The notes below the pieces were generated by a model. That model saw only the letters and a list, made by a program, of their open reading frames with translations, ran no database searches and was not told where the DNA came from. Shown one piece after another: positions 63,481 to 64,000 of a stretch of 64,000 nt of DNA. Each line of letters opens with the position of its first letter. The stretch's first letter is position 1. The stretch lies in the NCBI GenBank assembly GCA_964016885.1, contig OZ024745.1:47244001-47308000 (forward strand), written 5' to 3'. Both the position numbers and the translations under genes were made by a program. Source of the stretch: Eledone cirrhosa (Eukaryota).

Positions 63481-64000
63481 GTACGGACGCTGCTTGACAG
63501 GGATTCTTTGGAGCGTCCTGAACGAAGGACCGCTCTTGTTGCGAAGGAGCTTCGACGTTACGATCTTGACATCGTGGCTTTGTCTGAGACGAGGTTAGCT
63601 GGAGATGGTCATCTTACGGAATTTTGTGGAGAATATACATTCTTCTGGAAAGGAAGAGATGAAGGAACCAGAAGAGAGGCTGGGGTAGGATTTGCTGTTA
63701 AGACTGTACTGGTGAATAAATTGGAAGAATTCCCAGTGGGGATTAGTGAGCGTCTTATGTCCATGAGAGTTCCGCTGGACAAGGGAAGATATGCTACTCT
63801 GGTGAGTGTGTATGCTCCAACTATGAATTCTGTCGATGAAGAAAAACTGTCCTTTTACCATGCCTTGAAAGGTGTTTTAAGAAATATCCCTCAGGCAGAC
63901 AAAGTCATCGTGCTTGGTGACTTTAATGCTAGAGTGGGTAGGGATTTTAACACATGGAATGTAATCGGAAGGCATGGGGTGGGAAAGTGTAACAGCAATG
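63481..64000 (+). mobile_element. RTE (BovB/RTE-1-like) LINE, AP-endonuclease region, open frame running off the window
   Basis: [80 protein letters not shown], with no stops. Confidence 0.92.

Overview
AT-rich eukaryotic (animal) genomic DNA. It is most likely an octopod cephalopod, inferred from the RTE LINEs with (GAT)n tails and the CORE-, Meta- and Ceph-type tRNA SINEs. Almost all long ORFs in the track are artefacts of (TA)n microsatellites. One host coding exon is recognisable: the first coding exon of unc-80 (NALCN channel auxiliary subunit) at 43677-43762 (+). Everything downstream appears to be its first intron. The rest is transposable-element derived: at least four RTE LINE families, an RTEX, a CR1 and Tx1 fragments, a Penelope-like element (RT + GIY-YIG, Naiad-like, split by a 200-N gap), a decayed mariner, MITEs, many SINEs, a 41-bp minisatellite and multi-kb interrupted (TA)n arrays. 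The most notable pattern is a set of unrelated short non-coding islands embedded in (TA)n arrays that each carry a minimal hammerhead-ribozyme motif. One of them is a ~422-bp head-to-tail repeat that looks like a non-LTR retrozyme. All calls were made by eye, no searches were run, and repeat boundaries are approximate.
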